Part shown: piece by piece, positions 10,333-20,792 of the stretch | Layout of the letters: each line of letters opens with the position of its first letter | How positions within the stretch are numbered: position 1 is the first letter of the stretch | Origin: Thermodesulfobacteriota bacterium | GTDB taxonomy: Bacteria; Desulfobacterota; Desulfarculia; JACQYL01 | Reading direction: 5' to 3' | NCBI GenBank assembly: GCA_963675595.2 | Contig: CAXXLZ010000002.1 | Coordinates: 2,176,001-2,240,000, forward strand | DNA: 64,000 nt | Notes under the pieces: generated by a model | Told to the model about the DNA's origin: nothing | What the model saw: only the letters and a program-made list of their open reading frames with translations | The model's database searches: none | Program-made: the position numbers and the translations under genes

Positions 10333-10514
10333 GATTCCGTTTCCTCCTTAACCGGCATGAGCCGCCGGACCCCGAACAAGCGTCGGGTTGCGTTCGCGAC
10401 CGCCCTCGCCCTTGGGCTTCAGACGGTTTGGACGGACTCAGCGGTTTTCAGCGGGGACCGCCGGGGCCTCCCCCCGGGCTCCCCAATACGCAAAATAGGG
10501 TCAATAAAGTCAAT

Positions 10515-11120
10515 TCAATGCGATATCCGATGCCTTCCCTCCAGGGAACGACGAAGAGACAGCGCATCGCTGAATTTCAGATCTCCTCCCACAGGCACGC
10601 CGAATCCGATGCGGCTGACCGCGATCTCCAGGTCTTTCAGGCGATCCATCAGATAACTCGCCGTGGCTTCGCCCTGAGCCGTCGGATTCGTGGCCACAAT
10701 GACTTCCCGGATTTCGCCCGACGCCGCTCGATCCAGCAGTTCCCGTACCCGGAGCTTATCCGGACCCACGCCGTCCACAGGGGACAACACCCCGTGAAGC
10801 ACATGGTAGACCCCGGTGTATCCCCCTGAGGCTTCAACAGCCATCAGATCTCCGGGGGTTTCGACCACGCACACGATCGATCGATCTCTCCGGGGGCTCG
10901 CGCAGATCTCGCAAGGTTGGGATTCCGTGATGTTGCAGCAGACCGAACACAACTGTATTCGGCTGTTGATCTCCGCGATACGCCGTCCCAGCTCTTCCAC
11001 TTGTTCCGCCGGCATATCGAGCATATGCATGACCAAGCGCATGGCGGACTTCTCACCGATCCCGGGCAACCGACTCATCAGCTTCACCAGATTCCGGATG
11101 GGAGCCGGATAGGGATTCAT
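10515..11120 (-). CDS. recR: Recombination mediator RecR
   Basis: LPGIGEKSA HhH motif, C4 zinc finger, TOPRIM (CVVE, YHVLHG, EGEAT-like QGEAT); follows dnaX-ybaB. Confidence 0.96.
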   Translation of the reverse strand: MNPYPAPIRNLVKLMSRLPGIGEKSAMRLVMHMLDMPAEQVEELGRRIAEINSRIQLCSVCCNITESQPCEICASPRRDRSIVCVVETPGDLMAVEASGGYTGVYHVLHGVLSPVDGVGPDKLRVRELLDRAASGEIREVIVATNPTAQGEATASYLMDRLKDLEIAVSRIGFGVPVGGDLKFSDALSLRRSLEGRHRISH

Positions 11121-11123
11121 GGA

Positions 11124-11438
11124 TCAGGTCAGCCCCGGAATTTTCATGCCGCCGGTGATCTTGTTCATCTCCTCGCTCGCCATTTCCTGCGCTCTTTTGA
11201 GTGCCTCGTTCACCGCGGCGGTGATCAGATCCTGCAGCATTTCCACGTCGTCAGGGTCCACCACCTCCCGATCAATGCTGATCCCCACAATCTCGTTTCG
11301 CCCGTTGGCCGTGACTCGGACCATCCCGCCGCCGGAAGCGGCTTCCACCGTCTTGTTTGCCAGCTCCTCCTGTATGCGGAGCATTTCCTGCTGCATCTTC
11401 TGGGCTTGCTTCATAATATTGCCGAAGCCTTTAGCCAT
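11124..11438 (-). CDS. ybaB: YbaB/EbfC nucleoid-associated protein
   Basis: [25 protein letters not shown]; lies between dnaX and recR. Confidence 0.95.
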   Translation of the reverse strand: MAKGFGNIMKQAQKMQQEMLRIQEELANKTVEAASGGGMVRVTANGRNEIVGISIDREVVDPDDVEMLQDLITAAVNEALKRAQEMASEEMNKITGGMKIPGLT

Positions 11439-13218
11439 CGGAACCCTCCTTATGGTTCAAGGGGCGGGGGGCCTGATACCCGATCAACTCGCCTCTGAAC
11501 ACCGTCCTGATATCCTCAATGATAGGGTGCTCCAACGCCCTCTTTTGCATTTGGCCTAGTGACTCGTCAAGTGTTTCTTGCGCAATGGTCACAGGTGCGG
11601 GAGCTCCGCCTTCCTCAATTTTCACGGCGACTTTGCGACCGGCGATTTCCGACGCCAGGTCCGCAAGCTCTTCCCGCGCATCCTTCACCATGCTCGAATT
11701 GAAGGACGGTCCTCCCGGGATGCGCATAAGGAGCACGTCTTCTTCCGTCAACGTCAACTCCGCCGTCTTCAGGATGAAAGCCAGGGAAGGCTTCTGAAGG
11801 CGAAGAGCATCTAGAAATCTCGGTACTTCAAAGGGAAGCGAGACCAACGCCTCGCGCCTTTCCGAAGGTTCGGAACCGCCGACTTCCGCTTCAGCGAACG
11901 CTTCCTCACCAGGTGCTTCCTCACCGGGAGCCGAACTCTCGGGAGCGGAATCGAGGGTCACGACTCCATCGATAGGCTCGTTTTCCACCGTACCGGAACC
12001 CAAGGCTTTCTCGTACACAGTACCGGGCTCACGAACGGAAGACGACTCCGAAGCGGGCGCCGGCCCTTCCCTTCGAGAAGGAGTCGCATCGGGCGTGGAA
12101 ACGGCTTCCAAGGGCGGCAGCGCGTCCAATCCGTAGAAGTCGCCGAGGTGTGCGATCTTCAACAAACCCAGTTCCAGCACGAGTCTCGGATCCGACGCGT
12201 ACCGCAGCTCGGCATCCAAATTGAGCAACTCGTGCTGCGCCGCGTGCAGCCATTCCATACTCAATCGATCCAGGAGGCTTCGGGTGGCCTCCTCATCGTC
12301 CGTATCCCCTTCATCCACCGCGGCGCCCAATTTCCGGACCAGCAAAGCGCGCATTTCCAGAACCAGCGCAAAATAGAACCGACGCAGGTCGTATCCCCCC
12401 ATGAACACGTCTTCAAGGGTCTCGACGATCCTTGGCAAGTCCTTTCCCGCCATGGCTCCGATCAGTCCGAGCAGCAGGAGTCGGTCCACCATGCCCAGGA
12501 TTTCCTTCACCAGCTCCGCGGTCACCTTGCGATCGCCGTATGAGATGACCTGGTCCGTAAGACTCAACGAATCCCGGACGCTCCCGTCGGCCTGGCGGGC
12601 CAGAATGGCCAATGCCGCGGACTCGAACTCGATGCCTTCCTTTTCCAGAATGCGTTTCAGATGCTCCTGCAGGTCTCCGGTACCCACTCGCCGAAAAAGA
12701 AACTTCTGGCACCTCGACAGAATGGTGGGCGGCAGCTTGTGCACTTCCGTGGTGGCGAAGATGAACATCACATGAGCCGGCGGTTCTTCGAGGGTCTTCA
12801 GCAGCGCGTTGAACGCCTCCTTGGTCAGCATGTGTACTTCATCGATAATATAGATCTTGAATCGACACCCGGAAGGAAGATACCTGACGTTCTCCCTGAG
12901 CTCGCGAATTTCCTCGATGCCGCGATTGGAGGCCCCGTCGATTTCCTGCACGTCCAATGACGAACCGTCCCTGATTTCCAGACAGTGCACACATTGCCCG
13001 CACGGCTCCGCGGTAGGACCGTCCACGCAATTCACCGCCTTGGCGAGAATCCGCGCCAGGGAAGTCTTCCCTACGCCCCGCGGACCGGTAAAGAGATAGG
13101 CATGGGCCACCCGACCCTGCAGGATGGCGTTCTTCAGCGTTCGAGTAACGTGCCGCTGACCGACCACCTCGTCAAAGGTCTGGGGACGCCACGAGCGGGC
13201 CAACACAAGATAGGACAT
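11431..13218 (-). CDS. dnaX: DNA polymerase III subunit gamma/tau
   Basis: [23 protein letters not shown], zinc motif, [11 protein letters not shown]. Confidence 0.97.
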   Translation of the reverse strand: MSYLVLARSWRPQTFDEVVGQRHVTRTLKNAILQGRVAHAYLFTGPRGVGKTSLARILAKAVNCVDGPTAEPCGQCVHCLEIRDGSSLDVQEIDGASNRGIEEIRELRENVRYLPSGCRFKIYIIDEVHMLTKEAFNALLKTLEEPPAHVMFIFATTEVHKLPPTILSRCQKFLFRRVGTGDLQEHLKRILEKEGIEFESAALAILARQADGSVRDSLSLTDQVISYGDRKVTAELVKEILGMVDRLLLLGLIGAMAGKDLPRIVETLEDVFMGGYDLRRFYFALVLEMRALLVRKLGAAVDEGDTDDEEATRSLLDRLSMEWLHAAQHELLNLDAELRYASDPRLVLELGLLKIAHLGDFYGLDALPPLEAVSTPDATPSRREGPAPASESSSVREPGTVYEKALGSGTVENEPIDGVVTLDSAPESSAPGEEAPGEEAFAEAEVGGSEPSERREALVSLPFEVPRFLDALRLQKPSLAFILKTAELTLTEEDVLLMRIPGGPSFNSSMVKDAREELADLASEIAGRKVAVKIEEGGAPAPVTIAQETLDESLGQMQKRALEHPIIEDIRTVFRGELIGYQAPRPLNHKEGSDG

Positions 13219-13467
13219 AATAGAAGAACCGCATTCGTTCAGGGGAAACGGGCGAGAGAGTGCGACACGCCGGCTTCATACGCCCGGAAAGCTCAATAAG
13301 GCAGGGACACGATGGAGAAACCCGGCGGAATTCTCACGGCCGTGGCCGATGCCCGACAACCCGTCGCTCGGACGGAAGAAACGATCTTACCCCGTTTGCA
13401 CGATGGAGGGAAACAGGCGGACAAATCGTCGGAAGGGAAGAGCTCCCATGGGAAGCCGTACAAAGGA

Positions 13468-13561
13468 TGGCGGAGAGAGAGGGATTCGAACCCTCGGTAC
13501 ACCTTTTGGGCGTACACACGATTTCCAATCGTGCTCCTTCAGCCAACTCGGACATCTCTCC
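13468..13561 (-). tRNA. tRNA-Ser (anticodon GGA)
   Basis: GGAGAGATGTCCGAGTTGG..CACGA-TTGGAAA-TCGTG, long variable arm, GGTTCGAATCC, encoded CCA end. Confidence 0.96.
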
Positions 13562-13573
13562 GCGGAAACTGTG

Positions 13574-13602
13574 CTTCTATAATGACCCGCTCCGGGTGTC
13601 AA
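13574..13602 (-). promoter_or_regulatory. Putative sigma70 promoter for tRNA-Ser/dnaX
   Basis: TTGACA-N17-TAGAAG directly upstream of the tRNA. Confidence 0.5.
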
Positions 13603-13636
13603 GAACTATCCATTCATTCACACCGCACGGAGGCCG

Positions 13637-14053
13637 TCAAAAGGGAATATCGTCTCCCATGTCGTCCGAAGGGGCGAACGAATCTTCGGGCGGCGGAGGC
13701 TCGTCCATCCTGGAATCTCCTCCCCCCCGGGTGTCCAGCATCTTCATCTCCCGTGCGACAATCTCAGTCGTGTACCGCTTATTTCCGTCCCGATCTTCCC
13801 AATCCCGAGTCTGAAGTCTCCCTTCCAAGAAGACTTGGGAACCTTTCTTCAGATACTGACCGCAGATCTCCGCGAGCTTACCCCATGCCACCACCCGGTG
13901 CCACTCGGTTCGCTCCTGCTTGTTCCCGTCTTTGTCTCTCCACACCTCATTGGTGGCTACCGTAAAGGTCGTCACCTGTGTGCCTTGGTTGGTGTAGCGA
14001 ACTTCCGGGTCCTTTCCCAGCCGTCCAATCAATATGGCCTTGTTCACGCTCAT
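13637..14053 (-). CDS. ssb: Single-stranded DNA-binding protein
   Basis: [25 protein letters not shown]-terminal DDIPF. Confidence 0.97.
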   Translation of the reverse strand: MSVNKAILIGRLGKDPEVRYTNQGTQVTTFTVATNEVWRDKDGNKQERTEWHRVVAWGKLAEICGQYLKKGSQVFLEGRLQTRDWEDRDGNKRYTTEIVAREMKMLDTRGGGDSRMDEPPPPEDSFAPSDDMGDDIPF

Positions 14054-14198
14054 GCGAAAAGCTCCTCAATCGTAACCGTTTGGGCCCCGCCGGCCGGAGA
14101 ATGTCATGGTCCGGATTCTTTCGCCTGAACTCGTCCGAAAGAAAACCTTCTTCTTATTTACCACGACGGCCGGAACCGTACAAGACCGTTCGTCGTCC

Positions 14199-15386
14199 CT
14201 ACCGGCCCCGTATGCCCCATTTCGCCACACGCCGCCTCTCCTGCTCCAGCCGATGGATCAATCGCACCATGGGGCCTTGGCGAAACCCCACGGCGTCTCC
14301 GGGGCACACCTCCTGGCAGCAATAACACCGAATGCACCGCCGGTAGTCAAACAAAGGTCCCCGGCCTCTTTCCACCCGCACCGCTCCCGCGGGGCAAATC
14401 TCCTCACACCGGCCGCACTCCACGCAACGGTTCCCTTGGTGCACCGGCTTGGAAACCAGGTAACGCCGGGTGAGACTGTGAAAAGCATTGGGCATACGAC
14501 CCAAAGAGTCCCGCTCCGGTGCGCGGAAATCCCGTTGCACGAATCTCTCGAGTGGATCCCCCGTCGTGGGAATACGCAGCGGGTCCGCCTCACACATGCC
14601 CCGTCGTACGGCCTCGCGATATAGGGGGAAAGAACGTAAAGGAACCCCAAGCATGCGGCACACGCTCACGTCCAACGCCGGCGCATCTCGGGACGCCGCA
14701 ATGAATCCCATCTTTTTAGGCACTCCGTTGGCCGGCCCGTTCCCTTCCATGCCCCACACGCCGTCCAGAATCGTGAGCACCGGGTTCACCGCTCGGTAAA
14801 TGTCCAGGTGCAGCGACGCGAAGGCGTCCCGATCCATGCCCGTCACAAAATGCCATTCCGCCTTGCGCTTACCGGGAATCATGCCGAAAAGGTTCTTCAC
14901 CCCGAGCGTCAGGGTCATCTGCGAATGGGTCTTGAGCTTGGGCAGGTTGATCACCGCATCCGCCTCAAACAGCTCTTCCGCCAACTCGAGTCTCCGGTAG
15001 ACGGCTCCTTCGGCCGGCGGCACCCTGCGGGGACGCAAGAATTCCACCCACTCCAGGCCCAACTCCCGGCACACGGCGTCCATGCCTGAAGGACCGACGA
15101 TTTTGCGCAAAGAAGCCAAAGCGGGGCTGTCCCCGATGAAGGGCGTTCCCCCGACGTCCAACACCATGCGAGCCACGGCGCGCACCACCGTCGGGTCCGT
15201 GGTCACCCGGTCCTCGGGAACATGAGCAGACAGTAAATTGGGCTTGAGCAGAACCCGCTGTCCCGGTTTGACGAACGCCTCCATTCCGCCCAGCAAATCC
15301 ACGACGCGCCGCACCGCGCCTTCCACCAACGGAGATGCGTAATCGCTGCATCCCACCAAGGCAACGGTGTTCAAGGAAAAAGCCAT
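14199..15386 (-). CDS. DUF362 domain protein with C-terminal 2x[4Fe-4S] ferredoxin
   Basis: VLLKPNLL, INLPKLKTH, TLGVKNLFG, MEGNGP; CVECGRCEEICP and CIRCYCCQEVCP. Confidence 0.88.
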   Translation of the reverse strand: MAFSLNTVALVGCSDYASPLVEGAVRRVVDLLGGMEAFVKPGQRVLLKPNLLSAHVPEDRVTTDPTVVRAVARMVLDVGGTPFIGDSPALASLRKIVGPSGMDAVCRELGLEWVEFLRPRRVPPAEGAVYRRLELAEELFEADAVINLPKLKTHSQMTLTLGVKNLFGMIPGKRKAEWHFVTGMDRDAFASLHLDIYRAVNPVLTILDGVWGMEGNGPANGVPKKMGFIAASRDAPALDVSVCRMLGVPLRSFPLYREAVRRGMCEADPLRIPTTGDPLERFVQRDFRAPERDSLGRMPNAFHSLTRRYLVSKPVHQGNRCVECGRCEEICPAGAVRVERGRGPLFDYRRCIRCYCCQEVCPGDAVGFRQGPMVRLIHRLEQERRRVAKWGIRGR

Positions 15387-15424
15387 GGCAGTCCAAAAGG
15401 GCGGGCACCATGGCCTGCCCCCAA

Positions 15425-15574
15425 CAGGCCGTTGAAAAACGCGACCTGCGGCGTTGCGTTTCATCCCTCGTCACTGCGGCGTACTTCTATGTACGCCTCA
15501 CTCCTCGGGATTTGCGCGCCTTGCATCTCATCGTTTTTCACCAACCTGCAGCAACCGTTCTTTTCAACGGGCTG
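15425..15574. mobile_element. MITE-like element, 150 bp
   Basis: Terminal inverted repeats CAGGCCGTTGAAAA / TTTTCAACGGGCTG (13/14 match), internal hairpin GGCGTAC-N6-GTACGCC, intergenic. Confidence 0.7.
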
Positions 15575-15689
15575 ACAAGCAACCCGAACAGCAATTCAGG
15601 AAGCGGATTCCGGTTCGGCCGAGCAGGCATTTCGCGGGCCGTTGGATGAAACCTCCAAAGGCTCTCCCCAAAATCGTACGCCATCCGCA

Positions 15690-17021
15690 TCAAATCTTCT
15701 TCAAACACTCTTGCGCCGCAATATGAAGCACGTCCCACACGGGGGAATAAGGCGGAGCATAGCACAGGTCCATGAAAGCCAAATCGTCCACTCGCGCACC
15801 TCCGTGCAACAAGGCGGAGACGATGTCGGCACGGGATACGGCGCCCTCGTTTCCCACGACCCGGGCTCCCAGGAGCTTGCCGGTCACTTTGTCCGCCGTG
15901 AGTCGGATTTGCACGGTGCCCGCTCCGGGGTAGGCTTCGGCTTTGGAGTTGCCTTTAATCATCACGCTCACCGGATGAAAACCCGCTTTGAGCGCCTCGG
16001 CGTCCCCCAGACCCGTACATCCCACCTCCAAATCAAACACTTTGACGCACCAAGAGCCCACTACTCCGGGAAACTCGGCCGGTTCACCGCCGATGTTGGT
16101 TCCCGCTATCCTCCCGTGCTTATTGGCAACGTCTCCCAGGGGAACGAATACGGGCTGTTTGGACACCAGATGCAGGGATTCGGCACAATCCCCTACGGCG
16201 TATACGTGCTGAAAGTTGGTGCGCATGGACGCATCGGTTTTTACGGCGCCCGTGGGTCCCAGAGCAATACCGGCCTTCTTGGCGAGTTCCACGTTGGGGC
16301 CGACTCCCGTTGCGGCCAGCACCAGGTCCGCGGGAAATTCTCCCTGGTCCGTTTCGATGACGGCTCCGTCCTTGTCCTCCCTCAAACCTTTCACGTCCAC
16401 TCCGGGGACGAATTTCACGCGGTTCTTCTCCAGCTCTTCAAGAACCACGGCGGACAAATCTTCCCCCAGTTGCTTCAGGGGCAGTTTGCCCCGATACAGC
16501 ACGGTGGTCTCCAGACCTCGTTCCCGAAAGGCTTCGCACATTTCCATGGCGATGAATCCGGCGCCCAGCACCACGGCGCGTTCGGGTTTGCGCGTATCGA
16601 TGAATCCTTTGATGCGCAGGGCGTCCTGCAGGTTCTTCAGGGTCATGACCCGTTCCGAGTCCATGCCGGGCAGCTTCGGGATTTTGGAGGAAGCCCCGGT
16701 GGAATAGACGGCCACATCGAAAGGCCACTTCTTTCCCGTGGAATCCACGGCGGCACCGGCCTTCATATCCAAATCCACAATCCCGGTGTTTACGTGAACA
16801 TGCACGCCCGCCTTCTCGAATTCCTCCGGAGTTCGGGCGATGATTTTTTCCGTGCCCTGAATGCGGTCCGCGATAAAGTACGGAGTCGGACACGCGGCAT
16901 AGGACACGTGAGGCCCTTCGTCGAACATGTGCACTTCCAGCTCGCGATCGAGCCGTTTCGCTTTGGCCGCCGCACTAGGTCCCGCGGCCCCACCTCCGAT
17001 AACGATCAATTGTCTGCCCAT
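15690..17021 (-). CDS. FAD-dependent pyridine nucleotide-disulfide oxidoreductase (CoA-disulfide reductase/NADH oxidase type)
   Basis: IGGGAAG, SYAAC single redox Cys, GAGFIA, YAVGDC, DLCYAPPYSPVWD. Confidence 0.9.
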   Translation of the reverse strand: MGRQLIVIGGGAAGPSAAAKAKRLDRELEVHMFDEGPHVSYAACPTPYFIADRIQGTEKIIARTPEEFEKAGVHVHVNTGIVDLDMKAGAAVDSTGKKWPFDVAVYSTGASSKIPKLPGMDSERVMTLKNLQDALRIKGFIDTRKPERAVVLGAGFIAMEMCEAFRERGLETTVLYRGKLPLKQLGEDLSAVVLEELEKNRVKFVPGVDVKGLREDKDGAVIETDQGEFPADLVLAATGVGPNVELAKKAGIALGPTGAVKTDASMRTNFQHVYAVGDCAESLHLVSKQPVFVPLGDVANKHGRIAGTNIGGEPAEFPGVVGSWCVKVFDLEVGCTGLGDAEALKAGFHPVSVMIKGNSKAEAYPGAGTVQIRLTADKVTGKLLGARVVGNEGAVSRADIVSALLHGGARVDDLAFMDLCYAPPYSPVWDVLHIAAQECLKKI

Positions 17022-18163
17022 ACCGCCCTCCAGATTTTCACCGAAACGGTGCGGATTTCGAAACATCCCGTGGAATCGGATAACCAGTTGCTCCAACACC
17101 CGGTCTCCATGTTCGCTACTCTACAGGTCTTGCCGAACAGGCGCAACCCGAAGGTGCAAGCGTTGTGAAGCGGTTTGAACAAATCGCGCAGGACCATTGC
17201 CGTCGAAACGCATGGGAAAAGCGATTCAAACAGACTTCGAGGTTCCATTGTACGGTTGTTCACCGGCTACACGCACAGGTTTGCGTTTCAGGCCAAGATA
17301 GCGGCCTCGAAATCGTGCGAAGAGGATTCCCGGAATATTAGATTGTTATTCACCGGGTCGCCGGGGGGACCCGTGTTTCCACGACCCCCTTGTGCGGGCT
17401 CTTTTGTCGATTCAGAGCATTTAAACTGCGGCGACCTCGTCGGCGGCTTCTTCTCCTGCCTACCAACCCCATGTGTGACGCACCGGCATTCCGAATGCCC
17501 GACAGCTTGGCGAAGTAGTGCTAAAAGTATACCGACCCCTTTCTATAATTTCGCTTTGTCAACACAGGAGCAACTTCACCCCATTCCTGAGGCCCATGAA
17601 GGTATATTCACTCATACAATAATTAAATAAGGTCTCATAACTTAAAAAGTACAGCATTTACCTTATGGTAAACGATAAGCAAAACAAGTACAATTATTGC
17701 AGGTTAGCAAGATGCACCATCTCATGGCCTTACAACAAAATCTTAGCTCTCTACATTGTAGCTAACTTCATTTCAATAACACGTAAATTATGGAACTTTT
17801 GACTTGTGCAATATGCGCAAATAGCCCATACTCAAATCAGTCATTAACTTCTTTTGTCGTCAAAATAACAAACTAAATGTGCCTGTATGTTTCCAATATT
17901 GCCAATTACATTCATTTCTTTTCCAGGTTTACGGGCTTTTCCCTACATAACCTCCGTATCGTTCAACAACACAGACGCAATAGGTTCATAAATACTATTC
18001 GTCTAAACAACAGAAACGACAACAACCATGATATAAGCCGCCATGTACAGCACTTCCATGCTTAACAGAAAAATAACTTCTAATCGCTTGTCTTATGTTG
18101 TCCGTTTATGCCCGGCTACATCATTTGTACACCCTTACCACCAAGGCAATATGGAGGATATCC

Positions 18164-18457
18164 ATGTCATTTTCCTTGATCGTCACATTTTTGCTTATGT
18201 TATTGGTTATCATTCCAGCCATACAAAATAGTATGGCTTTGGATTTTAAGTTCTTCATCTGGACTTTTCAACAATCTATTACAGCCATGATTTTCTATTT
18301 TTCTCTTATTGGCGGAGCCGTTGTGGCGGTTATGGCTCTCCCGAGGCTGGCGAAGAAATCCCTTCAAGTGAAAAGCATGGGCAAAGATATCCATAAATTG
18401 GAAGAAAAACTTCTGGAGTTTGAAAAGAGACCGGTTGGTCGATTCGAGATAGAATAG
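18164..18457 (+). CDS. LapA (DUF1049) family small membrane protein
   Basis: GGAGGA RBS; AIQN..F.F..W..SL..G pattern followed by a coiled tail. Confidence 0.7.
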   Translation: MSFSLIVTFLLMLLVIIPAIQNSMALDFKFFIWTFQQSITAMIFYFSLIGGAVVAVMALPRLAKKSLQVKSMGKDIHKLEEKLLEFEKRPVGRFEIE

Positions 18458-18711
18458 CCGCGCTGTGAGATACGCAGAGGATTTTGTTGCGACTCGTTTG
18501 CAGTTCCTGATCTACCTGCCATATATCATAGCATAATATTTCACTCACCGATAACCAACGAGTCTCGATTTAGATCGAATTTAGCAGTTTTATAATGAAT
18601 GACAAGATTAACATAAGCTTTTTTCTGTAGTTGAATCAACAAGAGTTAACGGCATAGGCAGTTGTAATCTCACAGATATCCAAATTGTCGTTTTTTGTAA
18701 AGGAGTCGATC

Positions 18712-18855
18712 ATGCTTTGGACAATTTCATTGATATTGGTCATACTATGGCTACTTGGATTAGTTAGCAGTCATACAATGGGAGGGTTTATTCACATTTT
18801 ACTGGTAATCGCCATTATCGTATTGGTGGTTCAACTCATCCAGGGACGCCGATGA
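18712..18855 (+). CDS. lmo0937-family small membrane protein (47 aa), copy 1
   Basis: AAGGAG RBS; MLWTISLILVILWLLGLVSSHTMGGFIHILLVIAIIVLVVQLIQGRR. Below the ORF-track cutoff. Confidence 0.9.
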   Translation: MLWTISLILVILWLLGLVSSHTMGGFIHILLVIAIIVLVVQLIQGRR

Positions 18856-18955
18856 TAGAAATCATATGCCCTATGTATAAACCTAGCCATTTAAGCTTAA
18901 AAACAGTATCACAGGGAACCATTTCATAAACAACTTCATAAATCGGAGTAATATA

Positions 18956-19135
18956 ATGTCACCAGGCACTAAAAACGAAGCTAAAGGTCATTTTCACCAC
19001 ATCAAGGGGAATATCAAAGAGGTTGCGGGCAAGCTTACCGACAATTCGGAATTGGAGGCCGAAGGCAAGTACGAAAAGTTATCCGGGAAAGTTCAGACAA
19101 AAATCGGCCATGTCGAGAAGGTCCTTGGGAAATAG
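18956..19135 (+). CDS. csbD: CsbD-family stress protein (59 aa), copy 1
   Basis: MSPGTKNEAKGHFHHIKGNIKEVAGKLTDNSELEAEGKYEKLSGKVQTKIGHVEKVLGK. Confidence 0.88.
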   Translation: MSPGTKNEAKGHFHHIKGNIKEVAGKLTDNSELEAEGKYEKLSGKVQTKIGHVEKVLGK

Positions 19136-19242
19136 GCATGAGGTATTCGGCATGAATAATTCTTAGCCACAACAGCAGAGCGGAACAATAAGAGATTCGG
19201 GAATACAATGAAAACAATATATCGTTTGGTTTTTATGGTTGC

Positions 19243-20792
19243 CTAGAGTTTAGAGCCATGCGGGGCAGCCAAGTTTGTATAGAAGAGCATAGTTCTCCAA
19301 GACGGGTTGAATACCGTTGACGTAAGGCTTTGAGATGATTGACTGAACACGGATATCAGGCAGCGCGCCCCAAGTCTTCCGGAGAATCGGTGAATTCCGG
19401 TTGGAATTTTTTGGATTTCCGGTTCCACATGGCTCGCACGTTTAAGTTGCCGAAAAGACGACCGATGGCTGCGGCCATCCAGCCGGCGGTGGCGGGCCTG
19501 TTCTTTCTCCAAGGGATTGGAAACATCGTATAGGCCGCGTTGGGACCCAGGCAGAGCGCCAAGAGCCGTGGCAAGCCGTAGGCCAGGCACAAGATCATGC
19601 TCCATCGAGCCAATGTCTGCCGTGTCTGCTGCCAAGCATTTTTCAGTCCGAACAGGTGCTTGATCTCGTTGAACATGGGCTCGGTCCACCATCGTCGTGC
19701 ATAGCGTGTAATCACTTCCGCGCCGTCCATGTCGGGATCGGTACTGATCAGAAGATGCCAATCGGACCAAGAGGGGTTGTCGGACATAAACCGGCACCAC
19801 ACGATCTTGCACAACCGGCCGTCCAGGAAGCGGACTTTGGCTTTGGTTTGGTAGAACTGGAAAACTCGTTCCGAGCCGTAGGCAAAGAGGGTTTTCTCCA
19901 CCGGACGACAGAATCGTCCGATGTTTTCCAACGTGAGTTTTTCCCCATACTTTCTGGGTCTGCCCCGTTTCTTCCGAGGCGGATTGTCCGGAGGCAAAAA
20001 CAGGGCGGTATCTTTGCGGACTTGGCCGATGACCGTCACACCATCGCGAATCAGGGGAACCACCAGGGAGCTTTTCATATACCAGGCATCGAGCAGCAGA
20101 ATAATGAGAAAGCGATCCGGCAGCCAAGTCATGAGAACGGACATCAAGAGCCGCGCCGCGTCCAGTTTGGTGGTGTTCCCTTTTTTGCGGATGAGCCGAA
20201 ACAAGAGGGGAAACGCGGCTACCCGGCCCTTGTGGCGGCAGATGACAGCCAGAGAAACCCGAAGCTGTCCCCACAGGAATTTGGGGCGGTTGGGCCGGTG
20301 CGCGTGATCGTAATGCCAACCGGCGCAGGGCGCTTTCTTGGACGATCTGGGCAAAGGGAAGTCGTCTATGGCGAACTCGATGGATCGGTTTGGAATCCGT
20401 TTCAGGATCAGGCGCATCCATTGCCGGGCTAGCGCAAGCCATTGGAATCGGCCCTTTTCGATGGCCTTGTAATAGGCGGTCCAGGACAACTGGGGCCGAA
20501 CGGCCAGAAGCGCGGAAGAAATATGGCCGCCGCGGCAGACCATACATCCCATCAGGAGTTCCAGAAGAGTCGGAGCTATTCTGCACGGAACGGCCTGAAA
20601 TAGAAAGGAAATCCACTGCGATAGGAGCATAAGTGCTTGAGCCGTCGAATCCATTGGTTGACCCCCAAGGAAAGGTTTCTTTCCTTAAAGGGCCGCCAAA
20701 GGCGGCCGCGCATCCGCGCGGCAATGTCAAGTACTTTGTTGTCTTTATTCGCATTTTTCCTATACCAAGGGTCGCCAGACTCTAAACTCTAG
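19243..20792 (-). mobile_element. IS701/IS4-superfamily insertion sequence, 1550 bp, copy 1
   Basis: 13-bp perfect TIR CTAGAGTTTAGAG; TSD TTTATGGTTGC (19232-19242 and 20793-20803). Confidence 0.93.
19356..20654 (-). CDS. DDE transposase (IS701-like)
   Basis: AIDD, LLDAWY and Y..RW..E..F...K signature. Confidence 0.9.
   Translation of the reverse strand: MDSTAQALMLLSQWISFLFQAVPCRIAPTLLELLMGCMVCRGGHISSALLAVRPQLSWTAYYKAIEKGRFQWLALARQWMRLILKRIPNRSIEFAIDDFPLPRSSKKAPCAGWHYDHAHRPNRPKFLWGQLRVSLAVICRHKGRVAAFPLLFRLIRKKGNTTKLDAARLLMSVLMTWLPDRFLIILLLDAWYMKSSLVVPLIRDGVTVIGQVRKDTALFLPPDNPPRKKRGRPRKYGEKLTLENIGRFCRPVEKTLFAYGSERVFQFYQTKAKVRFLDGRLCKIVWCRFMSDNPSWSDWHLLISTDPDMDGAEVITRYARRWWTEPMFNEIKHLFGLKNAWQQTRQTLARWSMILCLAYGLPRLLALCLGPNAAYTMFPIPWRKNRPATAGWMAAAIGRLFGNLNVRAMWNRKSKKFQPEFTDSPEDLGRAA

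Noticed and set aside
9247-10656. 469-aa plus-strand ORF (similar cases at 5298-6521, 15642-17168 and 56691-57728)
   Set aside because: Antisense shadows of ilvE, pfkA, the oxidoreductase and hflK.
11431-13218. dnaX gamma/tau programmed frameshift
   Set aside because: No A-AAA-AAG or long A run seen in the linker; only a short APGEE duplication.
13219-13467. SRP RNA (ffs), often found between tRNA-Ser and dnaX
   Set aside because: The conserved TCAGG..GGAA..AGCAG domain IV motif is not visible on either strand.
18650-18667. Sigma54 promoter for module copy 1 (CGGCATAGGCAGTTGT)
   Set aside because: Spacing is one base too long and no GGTCA-N4-TGACC boxes were found upstream.
19243-19246. 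CTAG as the target duplication of the IS701-like element
   Set aside because: Host reading frames are restored only if CTAG is part of the element and the 11-bp and 8-bp flanks are the TSDs.
19243-20754. 503-aa alternative-frame ORF spanning the IS (also 40927-42438)
   Set aside because: Overlaps the real transposase on the same strand, has low-complexity Arg/Pro/Ser composition and no motifs; its repetition merely reflects IS identity.
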